Below are positions 36,143-46,240 of a stretch of 64,000 bases of DNA, piece after piece. A program made the position numbers and the translations under genes. This DNA comes from Thermodesulfobacteriota bacterium (GTDB lineage Bacteria; Desulfobacterota_D; UBA1144). The number at the start of each line of letters is the position of its first letter. The stretch's first letter is position 1. The notes below the pieces were generated by a model. That model saw only the letters and a list, made by a program, of their open reading frames with translations, did no database searches and was not told the DNA's origin. Where the stretch lies: NCBI GenBank assembly GCA_036340075.1, contig JAYYZJ010000012.1, forward strand, positions 109,696 through 173,695. Direction: 5' to 3'.

Positions 36143-37348
36143 TTAGTTTGAACTTTGTCTGATTTCCTTTACTTTGTCGGCAATTTCTTTCGATAGTAAT
36201 TCTTTTGAAATCAGACCTAGTTCTTTCGAAGTACCATCTTTAGATATTAAAAACGAGAAGTTCTTAGTACTTCCAAAACCTGACCCTTTCTTTGATACAT
36301 CATTTGCAACTATTAAATCCAAATTCTTTTTATGGATTTTTTCCAATGAATTGTTGATTACATCATCAGTTTCAGCTGAGAACCCAACAAGAATTTGTGT
36401 ATCTTTTTTATTTAGACCAATTTGTTCCAAAATATCGATTGTATTTTCCATCTCAAAAAATAGTTCACCATTATTTTTTTTGAGTTTTTTATTCTTCTTT
36501 TGTTTGAATTTAAAATCGCCAACAGCCGCTGATTTGATAATGACAGAATAGTTATCTAAATCCTTCATTATATGTTCTGCCATTTTATCGGACGATTCAT
36601 ACTTAAAATAATTAGGAAAATATTCAAAATTTTCTTCTACGTATCCAGAAATTATTTCTAGGTCAGCACCTCTAAAGTAGAATTCATTCGCTAAACAAAA
36701 ACCCATTATTCCCGATGATGGGTTAGATAAAAATCTTATTGGATCTAAATATTCCCTTGTTGCTCCACAAGTAATTAGTACTTTTTCTTTTTCGAAGTCC
36801 TTACTCGAGACTTTTTTTTTAATTGACATTAAAATCTTGTCTAAATCAGCAAGTCTTCCTTTTCCTTCCCAGCCACATGCTAATTCTCCTGTACCTGGTT
36901 CTACAAATTCAATTCCCAGTTTCTCTAGCTTGCTTATGTTCTCTTGTATTAAAGGATTGTTGTACATGTTTACGTTCATCGCTGGGCATACTATCACATC
37001 CGACTCTGTTGCCATTAGTATATTCAGAAGCAAATTGTCAGCGATTCCATTTGCATATTTTGAAATAAAATTTGCAGTAGCAGGACAAATAATTACTAAA
37101 TCAGCATTATCCGCGAGGTTTATATGAGATATGCTAGATTCATCGGTCTCATACATGTTTGTATAAACTTTCCTTCCAGAAAGAGATTGAAATGTCATAC
37201 TACTTACAAATTTTTCGGCATTTGAAGTCATGACAACATTTACAATAGCTTCTTCTTTTACCAGAGATCTAACAAGCTCACACGACTTATAGATTGAGAC
37301 ACCTCCTGTAACACCAAGCAAAATATTTTTTCCTTTTAAATTATTCAT
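36143..37348 (-). CDS. coaBC: bifunctional phosphopantothenoylcysteine decarboxylase / phosphopantothenate-cysteine ligase
   Basis: GKNILLGVTGGVSIYK flavoprotein N-domain, PAMNVNMY, and a CoaB C-domain. Start chosen at ATG 37348, 1 nt after the ilvD stop; the track start 37378 overlaps ilvD. Confidence 0.9.
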   Translation of the reverse strand: MNNLKGKNILLGVTGGVSIYKSCELVRSLVKEEAIVNVVMTSNAEKFVSSMTFQSLSGRKVYTNMYETDESSISHINLADNADLVIICPATANFISKYANGIADNLLLNILMATESDVIVCPAMNVNMYNNPLIQENISKLEKLGIEFVEPGTGELACGWEGKGRLADLDKILMSIKKKVSSKDFEKEKVLITCGATREYLDPIRFLSNPSSGIMGFCLANEFYFRGADLEIISGYVEENFEYFPNYFKYESSDKMAEHIMKDLDNYSVIIKSAAVGDFKFKQKKNKKLKKNNGELFFEMENTIDILEQIGLNKKDTQILVGFSAETDDVINNSLEKIHKKNLDLIVANDVSKKGSGFGSTKNFSFLISKDGTSKELGLISKELLSKEIADKVKEIRQSSN

Positions 37349-37349
37349 G

Positions 37350-39026
37350 TTATTTAATTTTACCATCTGTGATGGCACCTTTCGAAGCCGAACTTACAAG
37401 AACAGAATATTTATATATTGCTCCAGTTAAATGTTTTTGCGAAGGTTTTTTCCATTTCTTCTTTCTTAAAGAAAGCTCTTTTTTGCTAACTTTTAATTCT
37501 AGTGTGTTAGAGGATGAGTCAATCTTGATAATATCCCCATTTTTTATGAATGCAATTATTCCACCATCAAAAGCTTCTGGTGTTATATGTCCAACAACGA
37601 ATCCGTGGGTTCCACCTGAAAATCTGCCATCTGTTATTAGTGCTACTTCAGAGCCAAGACCTTGACCCATGATAGCAGAGGTTGGGGCAAGCATTTCTCT
37701 CATTCCAGGACCACCTTTTGGCCCCTCGTATCTTATAACAACGACGTTACCTTTTTTAATTCTCTTTTTTAAAATCGCCTTCATACAATCTTCTTCTGAA
37801 TTAAAAACCACTGCTTTACCTTCAAACGATAGTCCTTCTTTTCCAGATATTTTTGCTACTGCTCCATCAGGAGATATATTTCCTTTCATAATTATAATGT
37901 GACTATCTTTTTTTATAGGATTCTGAATTTCTCTTATAACACTTATACCTAAATTATCTTTTATATTTCTAAGATTTTCTTTAATTGTTTTTCCAGTAAC
38001 TGTTAAACAATCACCATGGATTAAACCATTGTCTAATAATCTTTTTAGAAAAGGTGGCAAGCCTCCCATTTCACAAAACTTTGCCATCATATGGGTGCCG
38101 CTAGGCTTTAAATCTGCTAATACCGGAACCCTTTTGCCAATTCTCGTAAAATCATCAATATCAAGCTTAACCCCTATCGAGCTTGCCATTGCTAATAAAT
38201 GGAGTACAGCATTAGTAGATCCACCGAGAGCAATAGTAACAGTTATAGCATTTTCAAATGCCTTTTTAGTCATAATGTCTTTTGGCTTAATATCTTTTTT
38301 TATTAAATTTATCAATGCTTTTCCAGATTCTATACAATCTCTTTCCTTGTTTTTTGAAACAGCAATTTGTGTTGAGCTGCCAGGCAAACTCATCCCTAAA
38401 GCCTCAATGGCTGATGCCATTGTGTTAGCTGTATACATGCCACCACATGAACCAGGTCCAGGTATAGCACATTCTTCAATTCTTAATAGCTCTTCTTTTG
38501 ATATAGTTTTATTGGAATATGATCCTACAGCTTCAAAAACTGATACTACGTCTACAGGCTTTTTTTTATATATTCCTGGCAATATAGATCCTCCATATAC
38601 GAAGATGGATGGTCTATTTAATCTCCCCATTGCAATTAGACAGCCAGGCATATTCTTGTCACAGCCTCCTATAGTTACAATTCCATCAAATCCTTCAGCA
38701 ACGGTTACTGTTTCAATTGAATCGGCAATTACTTCTCTTGAGATAAGAGAATATTTCATCCCCGGGGTTCCCATTGATATTCCATCAGATACAGTGATTG
38801 TATTAAAGATAATAGATTTTCCACCATTAGTATTAGCTCCTTTGGAAGCATATTCTGCTAATTTATTTATATGCATGTTGCATGGAGTTACCATAGCCCA
38901 TGTGGAAGCAACACCAATCATAGGTTTGTCAAAATCAGGGTTAGAAAAACCAACAGCCCTAAGCATTGCTCTGTTTGGAGCTTTGTCTAGACCGGTAGTA
39001 ACAACTGACGAATATTTTTTTTTCAT
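37350..39026 (-). CDS. ilvD: dihydroxy-acid dehydratase
   Basis: 558 aa. Full-length IlvD/Edd pattern ([37 protein letters not shown]). Confidence 0.95.
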   Translation of the reverse strand: MKKKYSSVVTTGLDKAPNRAMLRAVGFSNPDFDKPMIGVASTWAMVTPCNMHINKLAEYASKGANTNGGKSIIFNTITVSDGISMGTPGMKYSLISREVIADSIETVTVAEGFDGIVTIGGCDKNMPGCLIAMGRLNRPSIFVYGGSILPGIYKKKPVDVVSVFEAVGSYSNKTISKEELLRIEECAIPGPGSCGGMYTANTMASAIEALGMSLPGSSTQIAVSKNKERDCIESGKALINLIKKDIKPKDIMTKKAFENAITVTIALGGSTNAVLHLLAMASSIGVKLDIDDFTRIGKRVPVLADLKPSGTHMMAKFCEMGGLPPFLKRLLDNGLIHGDCLTVTGKTIKENLRNIKDNLGISVIREIQNPIKKDSHIIIMKGNISPDGAVAKISGKEGLSFEGKAVVFNSEEDCMKAILKKRIKKGNVVVIRYEGPKGGPGMREMLAPTSAIMGQGLGSEVALITDGRFSGGTHGFVVGHITPEAFDGGIIAFIKNGDIIKIDSSSNTLELKVSKKELSLRKKKWKKPSQKHLTGAIYKYSVLVSSASKGAITDGKIK

Positions 39027-39629
39027 CTATTTTAGATTTTCTTCAACTGCTTGCCAGTTAACAATTTCCCAAAAAGCTTTAATGTAATCTGGTCGTCTAT
39101 TTTGATATGTTAGATAATAAGCATGTTCCCAAACATCAATACCAAGTAATGGATTGAGCCCTGAAGACAAAGGACTATCTTGATTAGGTGTAGAAATGCA
39201 AACTAGCTTTCCTGCCTTATCTTGACATAGCCAACCCCATCCGCTCCCAAATTGTTTTGTTGCTTTTTCAGAAAATTCCTTTTTGAAATTATCAAAATCA
39301 CCAAAGTCAGAATTAATCAGATCAGCAATCTTTCCTTCTGGAGAACTGCTACCACCAGGTGCTATTATTTTCCAAAATAGAGAGTGATTAGAGTGACCAC
39401 CTCCACCATTTCTAACTGGAACCCGAATAGATTCAGGTATACCTTCAAGGTTAGTTAATAGTTCATCGACACTCTTTTCAAACAACTCAGGGTAGCTTTC
39501 TAAAGCAGCATTTAAGTTGGTTATATATGTTTGATGGTGTTTAGAATGATGTATTTCCATCGTTTTAGCATCTATATGAGGTTGAAGCGCGTCATACGCA
39601 TAACCTAAATCAGGTAATGAATGTGCCAT
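39027..39629 (-). CDS. sod: Fe/Mn superoxide dismutase
   Basis: 200 aa. [28 protein letters not shown] and DVWEHAYYL metal-ligand motifs. Its stop TAG directly abuts the ilvD ATG. Confidence 0.95.
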   Translation of the reverse strand: MAHSLPDLGYAYDALQPHIDAKTMEIHHSKHHQTYITNLNAALESYPELFEKSVDELLTNLEGIPESIRVPVRNGGGGHSNHSLFWKIIAPGGSSSPEGKIADLINSDFGDFDNFKKEFSEKATKQFGSGWGWLCQDKAGKLVCISTPNQDSPLSSGLNPLLGIDVWEHAYYLTYQNRRPDYIKAFWEIVNWQAVEENLK

Positions 39630-39671
39630 AATTTTATACCTCCATATTTAATTTAACAATATAAATATACA

Positions 39672-40562
39672 CTATCTTCTTTTATTGTCTTTTTTGTAAT
39701 GAAAAACATAGGAGATTATCTTGTAACATAATTTCGCTGCAATAAAGTTTGAGGAATGCATGCCTTTGATTGGAGCTAATTCATTAATATCAACACCAAT
39801 AATATTGGAATTTGAAACTATAGCTTTAACTATCTTAATGGCTTCGTCCCAAAAAAGCCCTCCGGGCTCTGGTGTGCCGGTTGCTGGGATAAGGCTTGGA
39901 TCGAAAGCATCTAAATCAAAAGTAATATATACATTTTTACCTTTTATATGCTTTTCTATGTTTTTCCACTTTTTTTTGTCTTTTGCCCAAAAGATTTTTA
40001 TTTTATTTTTATTATCCTCAAAAAAATCTCTTTCTTTTTTTGATAAACTCCTTATTCCTATAGAAACTACTTCTACATCGGCGATTTCCATGCATCTTCG
40101 CATTACACAAGCGTGAGAATTTTTTTTGCCTTGATAAGAATTTCTAATATCGGCATGTGCATCAAAATGAACAATCGTAAAGTTTTTAAACTTTCTTTTT
40201 AAAGCTCGAATCGACGAAATTGATATCGTATGCTCACCACCAAGTGTAATAGGCAGCTTGTTCATATCTATAACACTTAAAACTCTTTTTTCTAAATCAT
40301 TAAGAGCCATATTTGTTTTTTTTGGAATATTTTTAGATTTTAAAGTTCTAATGCCAATTTGCTCGTATGGCTCATAATTTAATTCTTCATCATAAAGTTC
40401 TATTTGATGAGAAGCTTTGATTATTTCTTTTGGTCCATTAGATGTTCCTTTCCCATAGCTTACTGAATGTTCTAGTCCAAAAGGAATTATTATTACGCGA
40501 GTCTTTTTAATTGGCGGATTTTTAGTTCCCAAGAACCCATTCTTTAAAAATTCATATTTCAT
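39672..40562 (-). CDS. speB: agmatinase (arginase/ureohydrolase family)
   Basis: 296 aa. GGEH, HFDAHADIR and DLDAFDP..TGTPEPGG Mn-binding motifs. Confidence 0.8.
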   Translation of the reverse strand: MKYEFLKNGFLGTKNPPIKKTRVIIIPFGLEHSVSYGKGTSNGPKEIIKASHQIELYDEELNYEPYEQIGIRTLKSKNIPKKTNMALNDLEKRVLSVIDMNKLPITLGGEHTISISSIRALKRKFKNFTIVHFDAHADIRNSYQGKKNSHACVMRRCMEIADVEVVSIGIRSLSKKERDFFEDNKNKIKIFWAKDKKKWKNIEKHIKGKNVYITFDLDAFDPSLIPATGTPEPGGLFWDEAIKIVKAIVSNSNIIGVDINELAPIKGMHSSNFIAAKLCYKIISYVFHYKKDNKRR

Positions 40563-40566
40563 TAAA

Positions 40567-41043
40567 TTAGTTTCTTTTTAGCAAAATAATAGTTTTACAT
40601 GCAATTGCCAGGTTTTTTCCTACTGAGTCTAAGCCTTCTTTCGTGGTTGCTTTAACTGAAATATTTTCTTTAGGTATTTTTAACATCTTTTCTAATGATT
40701 TTCTTATTTTTGTTTTGTATTTATAGAGTTTAGGTTTTTCACATATTAAAGTTGAATCAATATTTTCTATTGTATAGTTTTCTAACTCCATTATTTTTAG
40801 AACTTCTTTTAAAAAATAAGCACTCTTTTTATTTTTATATTTTGGATCCTTATCACTAAAATGAGTTCCTATATCACCTTTTGCTAATGCTCCAAGAATT
40901 GAATCACAGATTGTGTGTAACAATAAGTCAGCATCAGAATGACCCTCAAGCCCTAGAGCCGATGGTATACGAATCCCACCAATAAACAGGCTTCTGTTTT
41001 TTGTCAACTTATGGATGTCGTACCCTAGGCCAATCCTATACAT
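40567..41043 (-). CDS. ispF: 2-C-methyl-D-erythritol 2,4-cyclodiphosphate synthase
   Basis: 158 aa. IGLGYDIH, GHSDADLL.H, and the rest of the canonical IspF pattern. Confidence 0.95.
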   Translation of the reverse strand: MYRIGLGYDIHKLTKNRSLFIGGIRIPSALGLEGHSDADLLLHTICDSILGALAKGDIGTHFSDKDPKYKNKKSAYFLKEVLKIMELENYTIENIDSTLICEKPKLYKYKTKIRKSLEKMLKIPKENISVKATTKEGLDSVGKNLAIACKTIILLKRN

Positions 41044-41731
41044 TTCTAAGTAATAGTTTATACATATTTAAGTCTTCTTTTGTAGTTATCTTTAAATTAA
41101 ATTTATTATTTTCATATAGCTTGACTTTGTATCCATTCTTTTCAAGAAGCTGAGCCTCATCAGTATATTCTGTGAATTTTAAATCAGATTCGTAACATTT
41201 CTTTAACGAAGAATATGTAAAAATTTGTGGTGTTTCAGCACACCATAGCTTATCCCTTTCCACAGTTTTGTTAATTAAATTTTTCCCAGAGGCTTTTTTA
41301 ACGGTATCTTGAATTTTGGAAGCCAATATTATGCCCTGATACTTTCCCATAGACTTAATCATCTTATTTACTATTCTAGTATCAATGTTTGGTCTCGCTG
41401 AGTCATGAATAATTACCATCCCAGTGTCAGCATTAATTTTCTGAAACGCATTGAATACACTTCTTGCTCTTGTTGTGCCACCATAACAGACAGTTATTTT
41501 CTTTTTAATTGAATATTTTTTTAATAATTTTTCAATATATGGTGTGCCGACTTTTTTATTAATAGTTATAATAATTTGATCAACATTTTTAATTCTCAGT
41601 ATAGATTTTAAAGAATAAATCATAACAGGGAAATCATTTATCAATTCAAATTGTTTCCCCTTATTTGTTTTTCCGAACCTAGTTCCGTTTCCAGCTGAGG
41701 TTAATATAAAAGATAATTTCTTTTTTGACAT
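41036..41731 (-). CDS. ispD: 2-C-methyl-D-erythritol 4-phosphate cytidylyltransferase
   Basis: 231 aa. LTSAGNGTRFG N-terminal loop, HDSARP, ETPQ.F. Confidence 0.9.
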   Translation of the reverse strand: MSKKKLSFILTSAGNGTRFGKTNKGKQFELINDFPVMIYSLKSILRIKNVDQIIITINKKVGTPYIEKLLKKYSIKKKITVCYGGTTRARSVFNAFQKINADTGMVIIHDSARPNIDTRIVNKMIKSMGKYQGIILASKIQDTVKKASGKNLINKTVERDKLWCAETPQIFTYSSLKKCYESDLKFTEYTDEAQLLEKNGYKVKLYENNKFNLKITTKEDLNMYKLLLRNV

Positions 41732-41733
41732 TC

Positions 41734-42753
41734 TTAATTGTTAGATATGGCGCTATCTTTATCTCTAATGTCTCCAAGCTTAGAGAAAATCATTCGACCA
41801 GTTGGGGTTTGAATCACGCTTGTTATTATTATGTTAATTTCTTGACTGATATGTTTTTTAGCATTATCAATAACTACCATAGTTCCATCATCAAGATAAC
41901 CTACACCTTGATTTTCATCTTTACCCTGTTTTATAACTTTAATTTTCATATGTTCCCCTGGCAAAATAACAGGCCTTAGGGAGTTTGCCAATTGATTAAC
42001 ATTTAAAACTCTCACACCTTGTAAATTTGCGACTTTAGTTAAATTAAAATCATTTGTAACCAAATGTCCTTTAAGTTCTTTAGCAAGGCGAACTAACTTT
42101 AAATCAACTTCCTTAATGCTAGTGAAATCTCTATCAACTATTTTTACTTTTACATTCTTTTGATCTTGCATTTTTTTAAGTACCTCAAGGCCACGTCTTC
42201 CACGAACTTTTTTTAAAGAATCAGGCGAATCCGCAATCCACTGTAATTCACGTATTACAAATTGTGGAACTATTATTTCACCTTCTATGAATCCGATTTC
42301 AGATATATCCGATATTCGTCCATCAATTATTGCGCTTGTATCTAATACTTTTGCAAAGAAATAATTCTCTGGCGTTCTTTTTTCAGGCTCTGGGTCAGCG
42401 CCTTTTTTTAATCCTACGGCAATACCTAAACAAAGAATGGAAAGAAACACTATTGGATATGTAAATATAGGATATTTATCATGTAGACCAACTATTTGTG
42501 AAAAATATGCAAAAGTTAAGAATAGCAGTAAGGATCCAGCAACCCCAATTGTTGCTCCAACTAATGCCTTAGCGCTTAAATTTGCAAATAATTTTTCTGA
42601 ATAATAAACAAAGAAAAAGGTTATAAGCGCACAAAAAATACCCATACCAACTGAATATGGCAATATTAAATCCCCGGCATCCAGATTTGTTAAAGTTAGC
42701 CAGAAACCGGCAATTGCACTAATTATAGAAAAAATTATTCTTAATGGAGTCAT
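41734..42753 (-). CDS. membrane-anchored PIN + TRAM domain protein (YacL-like)
   Basis: 339 aa. About 4 N-terminal TM helices, a PIN domain (VLDTSAIIDGRI), and a C-terminal TRAM-like beta domain. It sits upstream of ispD-ispF, the position yacL occupies in Bacillus subtilis. Confidence 0.75.
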   Translation of the reverse strand: MTPLRIIFSIISAIAGFWLTLTNLDAGDLILPYSVGMGIFCALITFFFVYYSEKLFANLSAKALVGATIGVAGSLLLFLTFAYFSQIVGLHDKYPIFTYPIVFLSILCLGIAVGLKKGADPEPEKRTPENYFFAKVLDTSAIIDGRISDISEIGFIEGEIIVPQFVIRELQWIADSPDSLKKVRGRRGLEVLKKMQDQKNVKVKIVDRDFTSIKEVDLKLVRLAKELKGHLVTNDFNLTKVANLQGVRVLNVNQLANSLRPVILPGEHMKIKVIKQGKDENQGVGYLDDGTMVVIDNAKKHISQEINIIITSVIQTPTGRMIFSKLGDIRDKDSAISNN

Positions 42754-42840
42754 AAACCAAATTATAAAGTATGAGCTCTAATTAACAAGTTTAGAACAAT
42801 GAAACAGAGAATGTTGTGGTAATATTCTTTTAGTGGTTCT

Positions 42841-44142
42841 ATGATTGAAAGATATTCATTAGACGAAATGAGGTCAGTATGGTCGGACGAGAACAGATAC
42901 CAAAAATGGCTTGATGTTGAAATAGCCGTATGTGAAGCATGGAGCTACTACGGATATATACCAAAATCCTCAGCAAGAAATATAAAGAAAAAAGCAAAGT
43001 TTTCTGTTAAAAGAATTAATTCAATAGAAAAAATCACAAAACATGATGTAATTGCTTTTACAACAAATCTTTCAGAATCAATAGGTAAAGATTCAAGGTT
43101 TGTTCATATGGGTCTAACATCTTCTGATGTTTTAGACACATCCTTGTCGTTACTTATTGTTGAATCTGGCAATTTAATTAGAATTGAATTAAATGAGTTA
43201 ATAAAGATTCTTTCAAGACTAGCAAAAAAACATATTAGAACTCCAATTATAGGTAGATCGCATGGTATCCATGCTGAAGTTACAACCTTTGGCCTTGTAG
43301 TCGCAAATTGGCTTGATGAAGCAAAGCGTGCACGTAAAAGACTAGATAGCTCCGTTGATATTTGTAGAGTAGGTAAAATGTCTGGTCCAGTAGGCACTTA
43401 CTCAAACATATTACCAAAGATTGAATCGAAAGCTTGCTCTATACTTAAACTCAAGCCCGCAAATATAAGTAGTCAAATATTAAATAGAGATTATTATGCG
43501 GATTATTTTACTTCATTATCTTTTATTGCTTCTTTGATAGAAAGAATATCAGTGCAGATTAGACATATGCAAAGAACAGAAGTCCTTGAAGTCGAAGAAC
43601 CTTTTGCTAAAGGCCAAAAGGGCTCTTCAGCAATGCCGCACAAAAGAAATCCAATACTGTCTGAGAATCTAACCGGTCTTTCGCGGATTGTTAGAGCCAA
43701 TACTGTTGCATCTTTTGAGAATATTCCTCTTTGGCATGAACGAGATATAAGTCATTCATCAGTTGAAAGAGTAATAGGGCCAGATTCTTCAATCTTAACT
43801 CACTTTATGTTACGTAGAACGGGCTACATGTTAAAAAATCTAAATGTATATAAAGAAAATATGCTTTCTAATATTTGGAAATCACGAGGTGTTATTTTTT
43901 CTCAAAATGTTTTAGATATGTTGATAAAGAAAGGACTTAGTAGAGAGAAATCTTATCAAATAGTTCAAAGAATTGCCCATGCTTCCTGGAATAATCAAGA
44001 AGATTTTAAGGAACTTTTGATTAACGATAGTGAAGTTATAGAAATTTTAAATAAATCAGAAATTGAAAAGGCGATTAGTTTAGACAAAAAGCTTTTTTCT
44101 ACTGCGGAATTAATTTTAAAGAGAGTTGTAAAATCAAAATGA
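42841..44142 (+). CDS. purB: adenylosuccinate lyase
   Basis: 433 aa. IERYS..EM..W, HMGLTSSDV, and the fumarate-lyase signature GSSAMPHKRNP. Confidence 0.95.
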   Translation: MIERYSLDEMRSVWSDENRYQKWLDVEIAVCEAWSYYGYIPKSSARNIKKKAKFSVKRINSIEKITKHDVIAFTTNLSESIGKDSRFVHMGLTSSDVLDTSLSLLIVESGNLIRIELNELIKILSRLAKKHIRTPIIGRSHGIHAEVTTFGLVVANWLDEAKRARKRLDSSVDICRVGKMSGPVGTYSNILPKIESKACSILKLKPANISSQILNRDYYADYFTSLSFIASLIERISVQIRHMQRTEVLEVEEPFAKGQKGSSAMPHKRNPILSENLTGLSRIVRANTVASFENIPLWHERDISHSSVERVIGPDSSILTHFMLRRTGYMLKNLNVYKENMLSNIWKSRGVIFSQNVLDMLIKKGLSREKSYQIVQRIAHASWNNQEDFKELLINDSEVIEILNKSEIEKAISLDKKLFSTAELILKRVVKSK

Positions 44143-45017
44143 AAAGATTATTAAGCTTAACAGTTTTATTGTTGATACTTTTTGTTGGATGCGATTTTAT
44201 AAAAAAAAACACTACTTCATCGGAGACAGTAACAAAAGAAGAAATTTTAGTTAAATTCAAAAACAATTTTGCTGATGTTATTCCAGAAGAAACACTCTTA
44301 CAAGTCGCGGGCTTAAGACCAGCCCCAATAGAAGGATTACAGCAGGGTGTTATATTATTTAAAACTATTGATGGAACTAGGCAGCTATCCTTTTTTATTT
44401 CAAATAATGGTAAGTATATTATTTTTAATCCAGAGTTGCATAATCTTGAAGGACCATTAGAAAATAAAGGAGTTATGAACCAGATAGATTTATCATCTTC
44501 ACCTAAATATGGAGAATCCACTGTTGATGCAATCAGTGTTATTGAATATTCTGATTTCCAATGTCCAGCATGCAGATATGCAGCTATCGAAGTTGTAAGT
44601 GTTTTAAAAGAAAAATATGGCAAAAGAATAAATTTATATTTTAAACATTTTCCTTTAAGTTTTCACAAATGGGCAGATGATGCTGCTTATTACACAGCTT
44701 GTATAAATACAAGATTTGGATCTAAAAATTTCTGGAAAATCCATGATCTGATATTTAATTCACAGGATAAAATCAAAGAAGAGAGTTTCAAGGAAGATAT
44801 GGTGAGAATTTCAGAAAAAGAGAATTTAACTTTTCCATATAAAGAATGTTTAGAGTCTTATAATAACGAAATTTACAAGAAAAGCGTTGAACTAGATTTA
44901 GAAGAAGCTAAGAGTTTAGGTATTAATTCTACACCTACTTTTATTATAGAAGGCTATTATGTGAAAGGCGCCGATTTATTCAAAATAATAGAAGCTATTG
45001 AAAAGTTCTCCGAATAG
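44139..45017 (+). CDS. DsbA-family thiol:disulfide oxidoreductase, probable lipoprotein
   Basis: 292 aa. Lipobox-like LLILFVGC and the thioredoxin active site FQCPAC. ATGA overlap with the purB stop. Confidence 0.75.
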   Translation: MKRLLSLTVLLLILFVGCDFIKKNTTSSETVTKEEILVKFKNNFADVIPEETLLQVAGLRPAPIEGLQQGVILFKTIDGTRQLSFFISNNGKYIIFNPELHNLEGPLENKGVMNQIDLSSSPKYGESTVDAISVIEYSDFQCPACRYAAIEVVSVLKEKYGKRINLYFKHFPLSFHKWADDAAYYTACINTRFGSKNFWKIHDLIFNSQDKIKEESFKEDMVRISEKENLTFPYKECLESYNNEIYKKSVELDLEEAKSLGINSTPTFIIEGYYVKGADLFKIIEAIEKFSE

Positions 45018-45031
45018 AAATTGATAAAACT

Positions 45032-46240
45032 ATGAATTTTTTGGATAAAGCAGACAAAATAGTAGTCAAAAAAAAAGAAGAAATAGACGAATGGGTAAAG
45101 AGTAAAAAGCTCGACACTAATCCACCGTTTTATACGTCGGTCGACTTAAGAGTCTCAAATAAGAAAATTGTAGCCGTTGATACAAATATTTTCCCTGCAG
45201 GTTTCAATAATCTATCTAATCTTTTTCTAAAAAGAGCTGGAGAAATTACTAAAGAGTACAAAAAGAATAAGCATAAATCCAAAGTTAAAAAGGTCTTGAT
45301 TATTCCAGAGTTGCATACAAGAAATCAATTCTATTGGGAAAACATAATTTCTCTTCTTAAGATTTTGGAGTTGGCAAAAATTGATGCAAAAATAGGCCTT
45401 GTTTTACCAGGTGAAGGTGAATCCGTGTTCGAATTTGAAGCAAAGTCAGGAAAGAAAATTATTGCAGAAAAAGTCATAAGAGAAAACAATATAATAAAGA
45501 TTACTGATTTTACACCCGATCTTATTTTAATTAATAATGATTTTTCAGACCTTCCACCTAAAATACTTTCGGACGTTAATCAAATTATTGTTCCTCCAAC
45601 ACAAGTAGGGTGGCATTCAAGAAAAAAACATATACATTTCAAATTTTACAATAAGCTTGTTTCAGAATTTTCTAATCTCTTAGGAATTAATCCCTCACAT
45701 TTTCTTCTGGAAACGAAGCTGATGAGTGATATAGATTTTGAAAATAAGAAAGACAGAGAAAAGCTTGGCAACGAAGTAGAATCAATGTTTCAAAAACTAG
45801 ATTCAGAATATATACATAATCAACCATTCTTATTTATTAAGAGCAATGCTGGTACATATGGAATGTCAGTAATGAAAATTAGCAGTGCAAAGGACATTAT
45901 TAATCTAAATAGAGATGGAAGAAAAAAGATGAGAGTTTCTAAGGGTGGCAACCAAATAAAAGATATTATAATTCAAGAAGGTGTAGAGACTATTTTTACA
46001 AACAAGGAGCCAGTCTACTACTTGATTGATTGCGAAATAGTAGGCGGATTCTATCGAACCAATCAACTTAAAGGGTCAACTGATAATTTAAATACAAAAG
46101 GTATGTTCTTCGAATGTATCTGTGAAGATTCAATGCATCTAAATTGTGAAAAATTCATTCGACCAAGTCTAGAGATTATTGCAAAGCTTGGTTCTTTAGC
46201 CACAGGGTATGAAATTGATTACCTACTAAAGAAGAATTAA
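45032..46240 (+). CDS. gshA: glutamate-cysteine ligase, small bacterial GshA type (Acidithiobacillus ferrooxidans-type family)
   Basis: 402 aa. NPPFYTSVDLRVSNKKIVAVDTNIFPAGFNNL matches my recollection of the N-terminal signature of this ~400-aa family. Needs an HMM check. Confidence 0.55.
   Translation: MNFLDKADKIVVKKKEEIDEWVKSKKLDTNPPFYTSVDLRVSNKKIVAVDTNIFPAGFNNLSNLFLKRAGEITKEYKKNKHKSKVKKVLIIPELHTRNQFYWENIISLLKILELAKIDAKIGLVLPGEGESVFEFEAKSGKKIIAEKVIRENNIIKITDFTPDLILINNDFSDLPPKILSDVNQIIVPPTQVGWHSRKKHIHFKFYNKLVSEFSNLLGINPSHFLLETKLMSDIDFENKKDREKLGNEVESMFQKLDSEYIHNQPFLFIKSNAGTYGMSVMKISSAKDIINLNRDGRKKMRVSKGGNQIKDIIIQEGVETIFTNKEPVYYLIDCEIVGGFYRTNQLKGSTDNLNTKGMFFECICEDSMHLNCEKFIRPSLEIIAKLGSLATGYEIDYLLKKN

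Noticed and set aside
38029-39087. A 352-aa ORF on the plus strand, antisense to ilvD and the sod 3' end. It is strikingly long for an AT-rich genome.
   Set aside because: It lies entirely opposite the highly conserved ilvD reading frame. Its sequence is low-complexity and Ser/Pro/Ile-rich with no recognisable motifs, and it has no SD. This is a typical shadow ORF created by the codon structure of the sense gene.
44099-44623. A 174-aa minus-strand ORF overlapping the purB end and the DsbA-like gene.
   Set aside because: The plus-strand gene has a lipobox, a CPAC thioredoxin active site and ATGA coupling to purB. The antisense ORF has no motifs and is best explained as a shadow ORF.
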